Positions 35,979-45,394 are shown, numbered from the stretch's first letter. The stretch is DNA of 46,956 nt from Bacteroidales bacterium (GCA_024402005.1 JAKSJV010000001.1:1-46956), one strand, 5' to 3'. The notes: a model not told the origin generated them from the sequence alone. Made by a program: numbers and translations.

Positions 35979-37916
35979 TCAGTCAAGCCCTTCAACTCTG
36001 ATCTTCGATGACAGCTGGGGGAAGACGGTGAGGCGAAGCTGCGTGCATCCGTAAGGCACGAGATCTATTTCGTGCTCTGTCTTGGAGAGTTTCTTCACCT
36101 TGACGGTCGGGATTGACGGCGTGTATTTGCCCTCGACCAGAGGCCAGTCTATTTCGCGTACCTGTATCCTTATCTTGAACGGGGGCACGTCGAAAGGATA
36201 GCACCCCTCCGCTTTGTCATTCCGGATTTCGGTGAACCCGAACCTGTCTATGCCATAATTGAATTTCCCGGCCGGAGTCAGACTCCAGCACTTGAAATCG
36301 GGATTTCCGCAAACCTTGCCCCTCATATTGGGGTAAACGTTGTCATCGACCGTCCATTCGGTAGGTATATGGTAGGAGAACAGCAGAGGTCCCTTTTCGA
36401 AACTTATTCCCTGACCGGCGGGACAGGTCATCCTGGCAGGCATATCGAAGACCAGCTCCACCGTGTCACCTTCCTTGAACGTGCGCCTGATCGAAGTGAA
36501 CTTGCCTTTTTCCGTATTCTTCAGTCCGGCATCCTTCCCGTTTATCCTGACCTCGGCCTTGTCACACCAGCCGGGAATCCTGAACGTGAAAGTCTTTTTC
36601 TGGGGTTTGCTGCAATGGAATACGAAATCTATCCTGTCGTTGAAGGGGTATTCAGTCTTTTCTTCTATCCTCATTCCGTCCACTTCCACCTCGCAGGGCC
36701 CGTACAGGGCGGAAACGATTTCGTCCCTGTCACCTTTCAGCCACATTCCCGAAACATAATCCGGCATTATGCGGTGCACGTTCCCCACGCAGCATTCCGT
36801 CTGGTGTATGGGCCTGTATGCCTGCCAGGTACTGCCGTGGTAATAGGGGTTGGGATTGGAGTCGGCGGTGACGTTGAACTGGTTCATATTGGAGAAGTAC
36901 TGTATCGCCTTGAAATCCTTTGTCATCGCCCCAGGCGCGGCGTTGAACACGGCTTTCTCGATTCTGTCCGCGTGTACGCCTTCGCCGTTCATCTGCAGGA
37001 AATATCCCTCGGCCCAGGTGAAATCAGCTATGTCGCAGGTCTCGTGGGCATTGTCTATGCTGTTGCCCAGAACGTGCTCCGCGCTGGACGGTACTCCTGA
37101 AGGCAGCATATTGTAATGGACAAGCTTGTCTTCGAACACCTCCGCCATACGTCTGTACTCTTCATCACCCGTGTACATATATATGATGGCGGGAAGTTTC
37201 ATTTCTTCGCAGAATGTCACCCCGTGCAGGTGAGGACAGCCATCTGTGTCCGCAAGCTCCGGATACAACTCGAATCCACCCATCATATATGCTTTCTTTG
37301 CGAGGTCGGCAAGGGCTTTGTTTCCGGTGATGCCGTAGGTCCACATCATACCCTCGATGCTGACAATATTACGTCCGCGGCTGATTTGTTCGGGAGAAAA
37401 ATTGAGATAGAATTTCTCCAGCGCCTGAGGTATCCTTGTGTCTCCGGTGGCATCGTAATATGCTTTCATTGCGCGGAAAAAGACAGCCTGGGGCCATAGG
37501 AAATTGTAAGGTTCTTCGAAAATGTCCGGTTCTCCGAGCCTTCCTTGCTGCGTTGCATGGTTGAGCGTGTATTCGATGCCGGCAACAATTTTGTCTATAT
37601 ATTCTTTTTTGTCCAGGGCATATCCCAGTCTGAGGAGTCCGTCGGAATAGTATGCTGTCTGTTCATAGCGCCACCATCCCTTGCCGTGGGTGTTCATCCT
37701 CTTGATGGGGCCGTTCCAAAGGTCCGTGTCATACGGATATGCCATTGCTTCAGGATGCCCGGAAAGCCCGGTGCACTGTCTTTCGAGGTATTCCTTTATC
37801 CATCCCTGAGGAGTGATTTTGTCCAGAAGGCCGTCGCTGAACCTGCGGTTGCCGGCGAAAAGTGCGGAAGATGCGAAAAGCGCCGCACAAAGGGTGATGA
37901 GACGTATCTTTTTCAT
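35979..37916 (-). CDS. GH127-like glycoside hydrolase (beta-L-arabinofuranosidase family), exported
   Basis: Signal peptide MKKIRL; HETCD, DRIEKAVFNA, TECCVGN, LVPYGC motifs. Confidence 0.85.
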   Translation of the reverse strand: MKKIRLITLCAALFASSALFAGNRRFSDGLLDKITPQGWIKEYLERQCTGLSGHPEAMAYPYDTDLWNGPIKRMNTHGKGWWRYEQTAYYSDGLLRLGYALDKKEYIDKIVAGIEYTLNHATQQGRLGEPDIFEEPYNFLWPQAVFFRAMKAYYDATGDTRIPQALEKFYLNFSPEQISRGRNIVSIEGMMWTYGITGNKALADLAKKAYMMGGFELYPELADTDGCPHLHGVTFCEEMKLPAIIYMYTGDEEYRRMAEVFEDKLVHYNMLPSGVPSSAEHVLGNSIDNAHETCDIADFTWAEGYFLQMNGEGVHADRIEKAVFNAAPGAMTKDFKAIQYFSNMNQFNVTADSNPNPYYHGSTWQAYRPIHQTECCVGNVHRIMPDYVSGMWLKGDRDEIVSALYGPCEVEVDGMRIEEKTEYPFNDRIDFVFHCSKPQKKTFTFRIPGWCDKAEVRINGKDAGLKNTEKGKFTSIRRTFKEGDTVELVFDMPARMTCPAGQGISFEKGPLLFSYHIPTEWTVDDNVYPNMRGKVCGNPDFKCWSLTPAGKFNYGIDRFGFTEIRNDKAEGCYPFDVPPFKIRIQVREIDWPLVEGKYTPSIPTVKVKKLSKTEHEIDLVPYGCTQLRLTVFPQLSSKIRVEGLD

Positions 37917-37921
37917 AAAGT

Positions 37922-38164
37922 TCAATGTAATGCAATGGTGTGAAGTCCGGCGGTTGCGATGTACGCGCGTGCTTTCGTTATGCGGCCTCTGACCTTGAAT
38001 TCCTTTCTGAACCTTCCGGCAGTTTCCATTTTCCACGAGAAGCGCGGATTCGCCGCATCCATTCCCATCGGTTCCCTTAAGTGCTCCGTCCGGAGATCAT
38101 ATATCCCCTCCGCATAGGAAAAAAGCGGAAGCAATAAAAAAAGTACGGTTGCAAGCTTTTTCAC
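37922..38164 (-). pseudogene. Internally deleted remnant of a GH78 alpha-L-rhamnosidase
   Basis: Signal peptide + DLRTEHLREPMGMDAANPRFSWK joined directly to FRKEF...KARAYIATAGL, then stop; promoter box at 38186-38193. Confidence 0.7.
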
Positions 38165-38382
38165 TTTTTCTGAAAGAATAATCTCCAAAGTTAGCGAAAA
38201 TGGTTTGAAATCTCAATTTATTTCGAGAGATATGAGGGTTGATTTTCGCGTTTTTTGATATTTATGATGTGAAAACACAGGGTTTTACCCCTGAGGTCTC
38301 TGAGCTATGCGGATTATTACTTTATGGAAGCGCTGTGGCGTCTGAAACGGCTTTAGAACCATTTCAAAACAGGTTCTTGGCC

Positions 38383-39291
38383 TTATGACAATAATGCAAG
38401 AACCGCTACGCCGGCCATAAGAACGGCAAGGTCTATGGCCTTGCTTTTTATGTTGTTCTCCTTGAAGAGAATGGCGCTGCCGGCGAAGGTGACCACCACG
38501 CTGCAGCGTCGTATTATCGAAATTATCGAGAGCATCGCCCCTTCCTGCGCGAGTGACTGGAAATAGAGTGCGTCGGCCCCTACTATTATTATGGCTGTGA
38601 ACAGCAGGTTCCAGTCCCAGCGGAAACGGCCGGAAACGTCTTCCTGGGCTGCCTCCGAGGTGCCTTTTACTATGGCCTCCTCCGTATGGATGGCTGTCCG
38701 GTGTCTGTCGATCAATGTCTTGACCCCCAGCACTATGCAGAGTATGACGAGTATGTAAAGGTTGCTCCAGCACAGTACGGACATAGGGTCCATCTTCGTT
38801 ATGACGAATTTGTCGTAGAGGGCGCTGGCTACACCTGAAAATACGGATACGGCTATCCAAAGTATGCCTTTGTTGCTCTTGAAGCTTATCCCTTCCTTTT
38901 CGGACGAGCGGCTGAGCATCCACAGGGCGGTGAAAACCGTAAATACGCCCACCCATTGCCAGGCATTGAGTTTTTCTCCGAAGAGCAGTATGCTGAAAAT
39001 CAGCACGAATACCGGCCTCGATGCCTTGATGGTGCTGATGGTGGTGAGGGGCAGCAGTTTCATCGCCATCAGCCCGGAAATCCACGACGTTGCCACGAGT
39101 ATGCCTTTGGGAATCAGCAGCAGGCTGCCTTCTGCGGCGTCGGCCTTGAAGAATGGCGCAAGGATGATTGTGGAGATTGCCGTGACGGACACAAGCACCC
39201 ACATTACGCTGTTTTTCTGCAGCGAGCGTTTTTTGAATATGTCATAGAATCCCAGCAGGAAGGCGGAGGCGAGTGCAAGATAAAGCCACAT
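38383..39291 (-). CDS. EamA/DMT family transporter
   Basis: About 10 TM helices, LLFGEKL and ILFKE repeat ends. Confidence 0.9.
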   Translation of the reverse strand: MWLYLALASAFLLGFYDIFKKRSLQKNSVMWVLVSVTAISTIILAPFFKADAAEGSLLLIPKGILVATSWISGLMAMKLLPLTTISTIKASRPVFVLIFSILLFGEKLNAWQWVGVFTVFTALWMLSRSSEKEGISFKSNKGILWIAVSVFSGVASALYDKFVITKMDPMSVLCWSNLYILVILCIVLGVKTLIDRHRTAIHTEEAIVKGTSEAAQEDVSGRFRWDWNLLFTAIIIVGADALYFQSLAQEGAMLSIISIIRRCSVVVTFAGSAILFKENNIKSKAIDLAVLMAGVAVLALLS

Positions 39292-39434
39292 AAACGTAGG
39301 AGTGCAATATATTCAGTTTTCCGGTACGAAGATACTGAATTTTTTGTAAATTTGCGGCCGGAAAAATGCCAGGGGCGTGTAACGTGGCTCAGCAAGCATC
39401 CTGCCACCCCCAGTATTAAAAAATTCAAAGGCAT

Positions 39435-40703
39435 ATGACTCGGATAGAGAGAAAAACATTCAGTTTTCTGGACAGGCTTACGACAAATCCCTGGACGGCG
39501 TTCCCCATCTTCATCCTTGTTGTTTATTTTCTTTTCTGGTGCACGTTTTCCCTGGGGCAGTACCCGATGAGCTGGATACAGTCCGGCGTGACTCTGCTGT
39601 CGGGGTGGCTCAATGCCCTGATCCGTGTCGATTGGCTGCGCGACCTCGTAGTGGACGGTATCCTGGCCGGTGTCGGGGGCGTGCTGGTGTTTCTGCCCAA
39701 TATCATAATACTTTATCTGCTGATATCCATAATGGAGAGTACGGGTTATATGGGACGTGTCGCCTTCATTATGGACAAGATAATGCACCATATGGGCCTT
39801 CACGGCAAGAGTTTCATACCTATGATTATGGGCTTCGGGTGCAACGTGCCGGCGATTCTGGCCTGCCGCGACATCCATCCGCGCAAGAGCCGTCTGGTGA
39901 CGGTGATGATAATACCGTTTATGTCCTGCAGCGGGCGTCTGCCGGTGTATCTGCTGCTGGTGGCGGCGTTCTTCCCGGAGCACGGGCCTGTTATTTTGCT
40001 GGGGCTCTATGCTTTGGGGCTGGTGCTGGCGGTGATTGCTGCAAAGATTATTTCTATGATTCTGCCGGGTATTTCGGCTCACGACCACGTGGAGCAGAAA
40101 CCGTATATGATGCCTCAGTGGAATTATGTTTTCGGCAATACCTTCATTCAGGTCAAGGAGTATTTGCAGAAGTTGGCCGGTCCGATTCTGGCCTTTTCTG
40201 TGGCCCTGTGGGTGTTGGGGTATTTCCCGCGTGCGGAGGCTTCCGGCGGTGATGCGGCTGTGGCTCCCGCGATGTCTGCGGCGGCCGTGGATGCGGCTGT
40301 GGCTCCCGCGATGTCTGCGGCGGTGCAGAAGGAACAGTCCTTTATCGGCAGGATAGGGCACATAATCAGCCCCGTGCTGGAGCCGATAGGGATGAATTGG
40401 AAGGACGGCGTGGCTATAATTGGCGGCGTTGGTGCGAAAGAGTTGATAGTCAGTACTTTGGGCGTGATGTACAGCGATGACGGTCCCACGCTTCAGGATG
40501 CTTTGAGAGGCAGTCATACTGCCGCGGGTGCCCTGGCATTTATGGTATTCGTACTGCTGTATTTCCCCTGTGTCGGGACTTTCGTGGCGCTGAAACACAC
40601 TACGGACAGCTGGGGCTGGACTTTGTTCGGTGCCGTGAACAGCATTATGGTTGCCTGGGTGATGGCGTTTGTGGTATTCCGGGTATTCACTTTGGTTCTT
40701 TGA
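39435..40703 (+). CDS. FeoB membrane domain only (no GTPase domain)
   Basis: GVGGVLVFLPNI, ESTGYMGR, GFGCNVPA, PFMSCSGRLP, AKELIVSTL, LYFPCV; no P-loop; promoter TAAATTTG at 39347-39354. Confidence 0.85.
   Translation: MTRIERKTFSFLDRLTTNPWTAFPIFILVVYFLFWCTFSLGQYPMSWIQSGVTLLSGWLNALIRVDWLRDLVVDGILAGVGGVLVFLPNIIILYLLISIMESTGYMGRVAFIMDKIMHHMGLHGKSFIPMIMGFGCNVPAILACRDIHPRKSRLVTVMIIPFMSCSGRLPVYLLLVAAFFPEHGPVILLGLYALGLVLAVIAAKIISMILPGISAHDHVEQKPYMMPQWNYVFGNTFIQVKEYLQKLAGPILAFSVALWVLGYFPRAEASGGDAAVAPAMSAAAVDAAVAPAMSAAVQKEQSFIGRIGHIISPVLEPIGMNWKDGVAIIGGVGAKELIVSTLGVMYSDDGPTLQDALRGSHTAAGALAFMVFVLLYFPCVGTFVALKHTTDSWGWTLFGAVNSIMVAWVMAFVVFRVFTLVL
40251..40323 (+). repeat. 39-bp-period tandem duplication in the FeoB-like gene
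   Basis: Identical 34-mer GATGCGGCTGTGGCTCCCGCGATGTCTGCGGCGG at 40251 and 40290. Confidence 0.9.
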
Positions 40704-40729
40704 GCCTTTGATTTTGCGATGATGCCGGT

Positions 40730-41284
40730 ATGAAACTTCTCCTGCATACTTGTTGCGCTCCCTGCAGCGGTGCCATAGTAGAGACTCTGCTCAAGGAGGG
40801 TGTGCGCCCTACCATATATTATTGCAATCCAAATATCTACCCTTACGAGGAATACCTCAAGCGCAAGGACGAGTGCAGCCGCTATGCCGCCGAGTGCGGG
40901 CTTGATATGGTGGATGCCGACTACAATCACGAGACCTGGCTCCAGTGCGTCCACGGTCTTGAAGATGAGCCGGAAAGGGGACTGAGGTGCAGCGCCTGCT
41001 TCCGCCACAGGCTGCTTTCATCGGCCCAGTATGCCCTCGCCCACGGTTTCGATACGCTTGCGACGACCCTTGCTTCTTCCCGTTGGAAGGATCTCTCCCA
41101 GGTGAATGCCGCCGGGGCGTGGGCCGTGGCTCAGGCCAACGAGGCCGCCGCAGCTGTGCAGGCTCTTGTTTGGTGGGACCGCGACTGGCGCAAGGGTGGC
41201 CTCCAGGAGCGTCGAAACCAGATTATCCGCGAAAAAGGTTTCTACAACCAGCTCTGGTGCGGCTGCGAATTCTCCATCCGCTAG
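40730..41284 (+). CDS. queH: Epoxyqueuosine reductase QueH (DUF208)
   Basis: LLHTCCAPCS, NPNIYP..EY, EPERGLRC..C, YNQLWCGCEFS. Confidence 0.93.
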   Translation: MKLLLHTCCAPCSGAIVETLLKEGVRPTIYYCNPNIYPYEEYLKRKDECSRYAAECGLDMVDADYNHETWLQCVHGLEDEPERGLRCSACFRHRLLSSAQYALAHGFDTLATTLASSRWKDLSQVNAAGAWAVAQANEAAAAVQALVWWDRDWRKGGLQERRNQIIREKGFYNQLWCGCEFSIR

Positions 41285-42054
41285 TAGTACACAGGGCCGC
41301 CGTCGGTCTCAGGTATGTCGAATTCAAATTCGACGGTCAGATTTTCTATGACGTCATCTTCGATTTCCTGGAACGGGCAGAACAGTTCACAGGCTGTCAT
41401 ATTCTCCACCATCTCCTGTACTGAGGCGGGGAGTTTCGGAAAAAGGTTGTATCCGCTGTGCAACTCAATGATGTTCACACTGCAACCAAGATTGTAGATA
41501 GCCTGACTGCTGCCGCTGGATTCGGGTATCAGAAATGCTATGGACGAGAATCCGAGCGGGCAGAGCCGTCCGATGTTCTCTTTCTTGCATACAGCTACGA
41601 ACCAGGCATAGGGCTTGTCAGCCGTTCCTATGAACAGTGGGCCCATCGTGATATTGGTGTTTCCGTAAGGCTTGCGCCAGGCCCATTTGTAACATTCGTT
41701 GATTGCTGCACGTATATTGCCGTCGCAGGAAGGAACATAGCCATTGGGCAGCGATGACTTGTATGGGAGGAAACGGTCTGCCCCGAAACTTGCGAGATCC
41801 AGATTCCAGTTTATCCAGCGTGGTACGCTGAGAGAGTCTTCCCTATATAGAACATAGGTCTCCATTTCCTCTGGAGCTTCCGCTTTGCCTGAAATGTGTA
41901 CCGGTACACCCCAGAAAGGAGAATGGGTGCGCAGCTTTTTGGGTATCCTGCCTTGTACCAGCGCTTCCTTGAGTTGCAGATTAGCCGGTTGTTGGGTATA
42001 GGCGCTTGCGCAGGAGAGCACAAGAATGAATATGAGGCAGATAAGTCTCCGCAT
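41281..42054 (-). CDS. Exported protein resembling a degenerate DNA/RNA non-specific endonuclease
   Basis: Signal peptide; PRWINWNL, ITMGPLF, IAFLIP, SVNIIELHSGYNLFPKLP; no DRGH motif. Confidence 0.55.
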   Translation of the reverse strand: MRRLICLIFILVLSCASAYTQQPANLQLKEALVQGRIPKKLRTHSPFWGVPVHISGKAEAPEEMETYVLYREDSLSVPRWINWNLDLASFGADRFLPYKSSLPNGYVPSCDGNIRAAINECYKWAWRKPYGNTNITMGPLFIGTADKPYAWFVAVCKKENIGRLCPLGFSSIAFLIPESSGSSQAIYNLGCSVNIIELHSGYNLFPKLPASVQEMVENMTACELFCPFQEIEDDVIENLTVEFEFDIPETDGGPVYY

Positions 42055-42068
42055 AGTTGTATCAGCTG

Positions 42069-43535
42069 TCAACGGTCAGTGATTTTGCCCCAGACGCTGC
42101 GACGGTAGCGGAAGCAGAGGTAGACGGTGCGGACCACCAGGTGCAGGCAGTAGGCGCCAAGCAGCAGGTGCAGGCCGAGGAGACCGCTTCTCTGGCTGTT
42201 TTCAATATCGCCGACTGTTCCGGCACTGAAACTCCCTTCGTTGAAGATGGCGTTCGCTGCAAAGTAAGAGATGAAATACAGGGCGGTTGCCATCAGCATC
42301 GAGTTGCGCATATCTGCCGTACAGGTGGCCCCCGTGAAGATTCCGTCCCAGGTGAAGGCGGCGCATCCTATCAGCGGCATAAGCTGGAGCCATATAAGGA
42401 AATACTGGCAGCAGACAAGAACGGTAGGGTCATTTGTGAATATCTCCAGCATCGGGTTTCCCCAGAACCAGTAAACCGCCAGAAAGACGAAGGTTACAGC
42501 AAAACTCCAGAGCGTCACGAAGCGTGATGTCAGGCGCAGGTTCCACAGGTTCTGCTCTCCGACAAAACGCCCCACCAGCGCCTCTCCGGCATAGGCGAAA
42601 CCGTCCGTAATATATGAGAACAGCATCATCAGCTGCATCATTATGCTGCTTGTCGCCAGAATCAGGTCTCCGTATGTGGCTGCTATGGCCGTGAAACCTA
42701 TGTAAATCCCGATAAAGCATACGCTGCGGACAAACAGGTCGAAATTCATACTGAAGAAGAGCCGTACCTGCGGACCGCTGAATGCCCTGAAGAAGTCAGC
42801 AAGTCCGTGCCCCGAGAAAACGTTGCGGTACTTCACGAAAATAAGCAGCAGGCCGAGAATGAAACCGGAATATTGGGCTATTACCGTGGCGATGGCGACT
42901 CCGATGAACCCCACTCCACCATAACTTATTCCGTCGAAGTGCATTCCGGCAATGTCGAATCCGCCTATGTGTATTCCCAAGGCCAGGGCAATGCTCAACA
43001 CTATGTTCACTACGTTGACCACAATATCGGTAAGCATCGGGCTGATGCCGTCCTGCATACCTATGAGCCAGCCTTTTATGGACATAAGACTCAGCGTTGC
43101 GGGGGCTGCCCAAACCCTTATGTAGAAATAGCGAGCAGCCAGGTATTCCACTTCAGGCGTTGCATTCACTATGGCCAGGGCCAGTTTTACAACGAACCAC
43201 TGCATGGCCAGAATCAGTGCCGCCGAGGCCAGGGCGATGCCCTCCGCGCGGTAGAATATTGCGGCGCATTCGGCCTTGTCGCCACGTCCGTATGCCTGTG
43301 CGGTGAGACCGCCGGTTCCGGTGCGCAGGAAACCGAAATTCCAGTACATCAGGTCGAAAAGCATCGAACCTATGGATATGCCGCCGATAAGCGTCGCAGC
43401 TCCGAATCCGGGTTCTCCGTTGATGTGGCCCACAACGCCTATGGCCACCATACCCACAATGGGGATGGTTATGTTGGCGATTATACTGGGTATCGCCAGC
43501 CGGAATATTTCCTTGTTGAGGGCCGCTTTCGTCAT
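42069..43535 (-). CDS. MATE family efflux protein (DinF-like)
   Basis: LAIPSIIANITIP, FGFLRTGTGGLTAQAYG, DGFAYAGEALVG; ~12 TM. Confidence 0.92.
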   Translation of the reverse strand: MTKAALNKEIFRLAIPSIIANITIPIVGMVAIGVVGHINGEPGFGAATLIGGISIGSMLFDLMYWNFGFLRTGTGGLTAQAYGRGDKAECAAIFYRAEGIALASAALILAMQWFVVKLALAIVNATPEVEYLAARYFYIRVWAAPATLSLMSIKGWLIGMQDGISPMLTDIVVNVVNIVLSIALALGIHIGGFDIAGMHFDGISYGGVGFIGVAIATVIAQYSGFILGLLLIFVKYRNVFSGHGLADFFRAFSGPQVRLFFSMNFDLFVRSVCFIGIYIGFTAIAATYGDLILATSSIMMQLMMLFSYITDGFAYAGEALVGRFVGEQNLWNLRLTSRFVTLWSFAVTFVFLAVYWFWGNPMLEIFTNDPTVLVCCQYFLIWLQLMPLIGCAAFTWDGIFTGATCTADMRNSMLMATALYFISYFAANAIFNEGSFSAGTVGDIENSQRSGLLGLHLLLGAYCLHLVVRTVYLCFRYRRSVWGKITDR

Positions 43536-43543
43536 TTCTCCAC

Positions 43544-43846
43544 CTATTTGTCGGATTTTTTGAGCAGGTCCGTGTTCTTCTTGCCGTATGCTTCTCCTCT
43601 CGGCACAAGGTATTTGAAAAATACACAGTCGTCGACTATCTCGATATGAAAAATGAAGAATGCACGGAGGCTTCCGATGCGGATGCGATAGACGTGTTCA
43701 AATCCGACAAGCTTCTTGCAGTCGGTGATTTCTTCAAGACTTGATGCGTTCTTGACCTCCAGAATGGTGTTCCGAACGGAATTCAGCGTCTTGCCGGAGA
43801 GTCTGCGTACCGATTTCTCAAACTCCTTGGAGTATTTTGTTCTCAT
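43544..43846 (-). CDS. RelE/ParE family toxin
   Basis: YSKEFEK, KKLVG, YRIRIGSLR, PRGEAY. Confidence 0.85.
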   Translation of the reverse strand: MRTKYSKEFEKSVRRLSGKTLNSVRNTILEVKNASSLEEITDCKKLVGFEHVYRIRIGSLRAFFIFHIEIVDDCVFFKYLVPRGEAYGKKNTDLLKKSDK

Positions 43847-44094
43847 ATTCCCAACCAGTTCTCGAAGTCTTCCGTTTCCTGATCATTCAGCGCAATGTTG
43901 CCATCGGGTCGTGCATTGCAGAGATACTGATAAGTGGCGGCCTCGTTCATATCCTCAACGTCCTTCTCAAGAAGGGTCTCGATGTAGTTCTTGAGGTTTG
44001 TTCCGGATGCGGCGGCCTTTATGGAAAGGAAATGAAAGACGTCCTCGCGGATATCGATATTCTTTCTTTTGGTCCTGAGAGCAACAGTGTTCAT
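43843..44094 (-). CDS. Ribbon-helix-helix-type antitoxin
   Basis: RKNIDI...LSIKAA..GTNLKNYIE; acidic C-terminus; overlaps the toxin start; TATATTTG box at 44114-44121. Confidence 0.8.
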   Translation of the reverse strand: MNTVALRTKRKNIDIREDVFHFLSIKAAASGTNLKNYIETLLEKDVEDMNEAATYQYLCNARPDGNIALNDQETEDFENWLGI

Positions 44095-44157
44095 AGTAAT
44101 TTTTTATATACCGCAAATATACAAAATATATTGAATATATAATATATATGAGATATA

Positions 44158-45327
44158 TTATTTTTGGCGGTATTTGGTGTTTTCTTCCAGCATTCCGAGA
44201 TAGGAATTGTAGCGGTCGGCGCTGATGCGGCCTTCATCCACGGCCTTTTTCACCGCACAGCCAGGCTCGTGGGTATGGGTGCAGGGGGTGAAGCGGCAGC
44301 CCTGGCTTTCCCGTAGCATTTCGGGGAAATACAGGGCGATTTCTTCGGGCTGGAGGTCCAGCAGGCCGAAACTCCTGATGCCTGGGGTGTCTATGATGAA
44401 GCCTCCGCTCTGCAGCGGGTACATTTCGTAAAAAGTCGTGGTGTGTCTGCCTTGCAGGTGGCTGAGTGATATCTGCGCGGTTTTCGGGTTGAGGCTCGGG
44501 TCCAACGCCTTTATGAGCGACGATTTCCCCACTCCGGACACTCCCGACAACAGGTTGATTCCGGTCTCAAGACTGGACTCACCCGGTGCGTCAGCGAGGC
44601 AGACCAAACTATTTTTCGAGGCGGGACCGACGGGCTTAAGCCCTGCTGCTCGGGCCGAAAGCATCAAAATGCTTTCTGTGGACCCACTCGCGACCCGGGA
44701 GAAAAAAGTTTTCGGTCTGCGAGCCAAAGCGCCGGTGCAATCGGGGTTTTGACACCCTGTGGCTGTGTAGATGAAGCTCCCGGCGAGAGCCTGGCGCAGG
44801 GCGTCGATGCCCTCGCCTGTTTTGGCGGAAGTTTCGATTATGTCATAGCCCGCAAGACGGCCGTAAGTGTCGTGGAATGCGGCAATCAGGTCATCTGCGC
44901 CTGCCTTGCGCAGCAGGTCGATCTTGTTCAGGACTATGGTGACGTGCACGCCGTACACCTCGCAGGTCACCAGCAGACGGTCCAAGAAAGGCAGTTTCAC
45001 TTCGGGAAAGGCAAGTGTCACCACCACGAAGGCCCTGTCTATGTTCGACGCTATGATGTGGGCCTCGCGGCTCAGGTTGGTGCTTTTGCGTATCACGTAG
45101 TTGCGGCGCGGAAGCACCTCGGTGATTATCGCTGGATTGGATTCTGATACGTCGTCAGGCACTTCGCAAAGCACATTGTCACCAACGGCGACAGGGTTGG
45201 TCGCAGTAGATTTCTGCAGACGGACCTTGCCCCGTATCACCGCTGGAAACAGTTCCCACGCGGGCAGTATGCTCAAAAGATAATGGCTGCCCGTATGTTT
45301 TACTACTGTCGCCTGAACGTTTTTCAT
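44158..45327 (-). CDS. rsgA: Ribosome small subunit-dependent GTPase A with ~72-aa in-frame insertion
   Basis: OB fold with VGD, NKID (G4), TSA (G5), GVSGVGKS (G1), GRHTT, DTPG, CRFTPCTHTHEPGC zinc site. Confidence 0.95.
   Translation of the reverse strand: MKNVQATVVKHTGSHYLLSILPAWELFPAVIRGKVRLQKSTATNPVAVGDNVLCEVPDDVSESNPAIITEVLPRRNYVIRKSTNLSREAHIIASNIDRAFVVVTLAFPEVKLPFLDRLLVTCEVYGVHVTIVLNKIDLLRKAGADDLIAAFHDTYGRLAGYDIIETSAKTGEGIDALRQALAGSFIYTATGCQNPDCTGALARRPKTFFSRVASGSTESILMLSARAAGLKPVGPASKNSLVCLADAPGESSLETGINLLSGVSGVGKSSLIKALDPSLNPKTAQISLSHLQGRHTTTFYEMYPLQSGGFIIDTPGIRSFGLLDLQPEEIALYFPEMLRESQGCRFTPCTHTHEPGCAVKKAVDEGRISADRYNSYLGMLEENTKYRQK
44583..44735. mobile_element. Structured palindromic element, copy B (inside rsgA)
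   Basis: Arms 44592-44625 and 44694-44727 match copy A at 33/34 each; different centre with hairpins GGGC-TTAA-GCCC and GAAAGCAT-CAAA-ATGCTTTC. Confidence 0.85.
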
Positions 45328-45394
45328 AGCACAAAGATAATGTAAATTTGAGTTTTATACCTATATTTGTATGATAACTTCTATACCAGCCGAT

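Noticed and set aside
39360-39434. preQ1 riboswitch upstream of the FeoB-like/queH genes
   Set aside because: A stem followed by an A-rich tail is suggestive, but loop size and sequence do not fit preQ1-I; kept only as a structured leader.
44563-44778. Intein or self-splicing intron in rsgA
   Set aside because: Too short, no C-terminal His-Asn followed by Cys/Ser/Thr, and no group I/II core motifs recognised; homology to the intergenic repeat explains it better.
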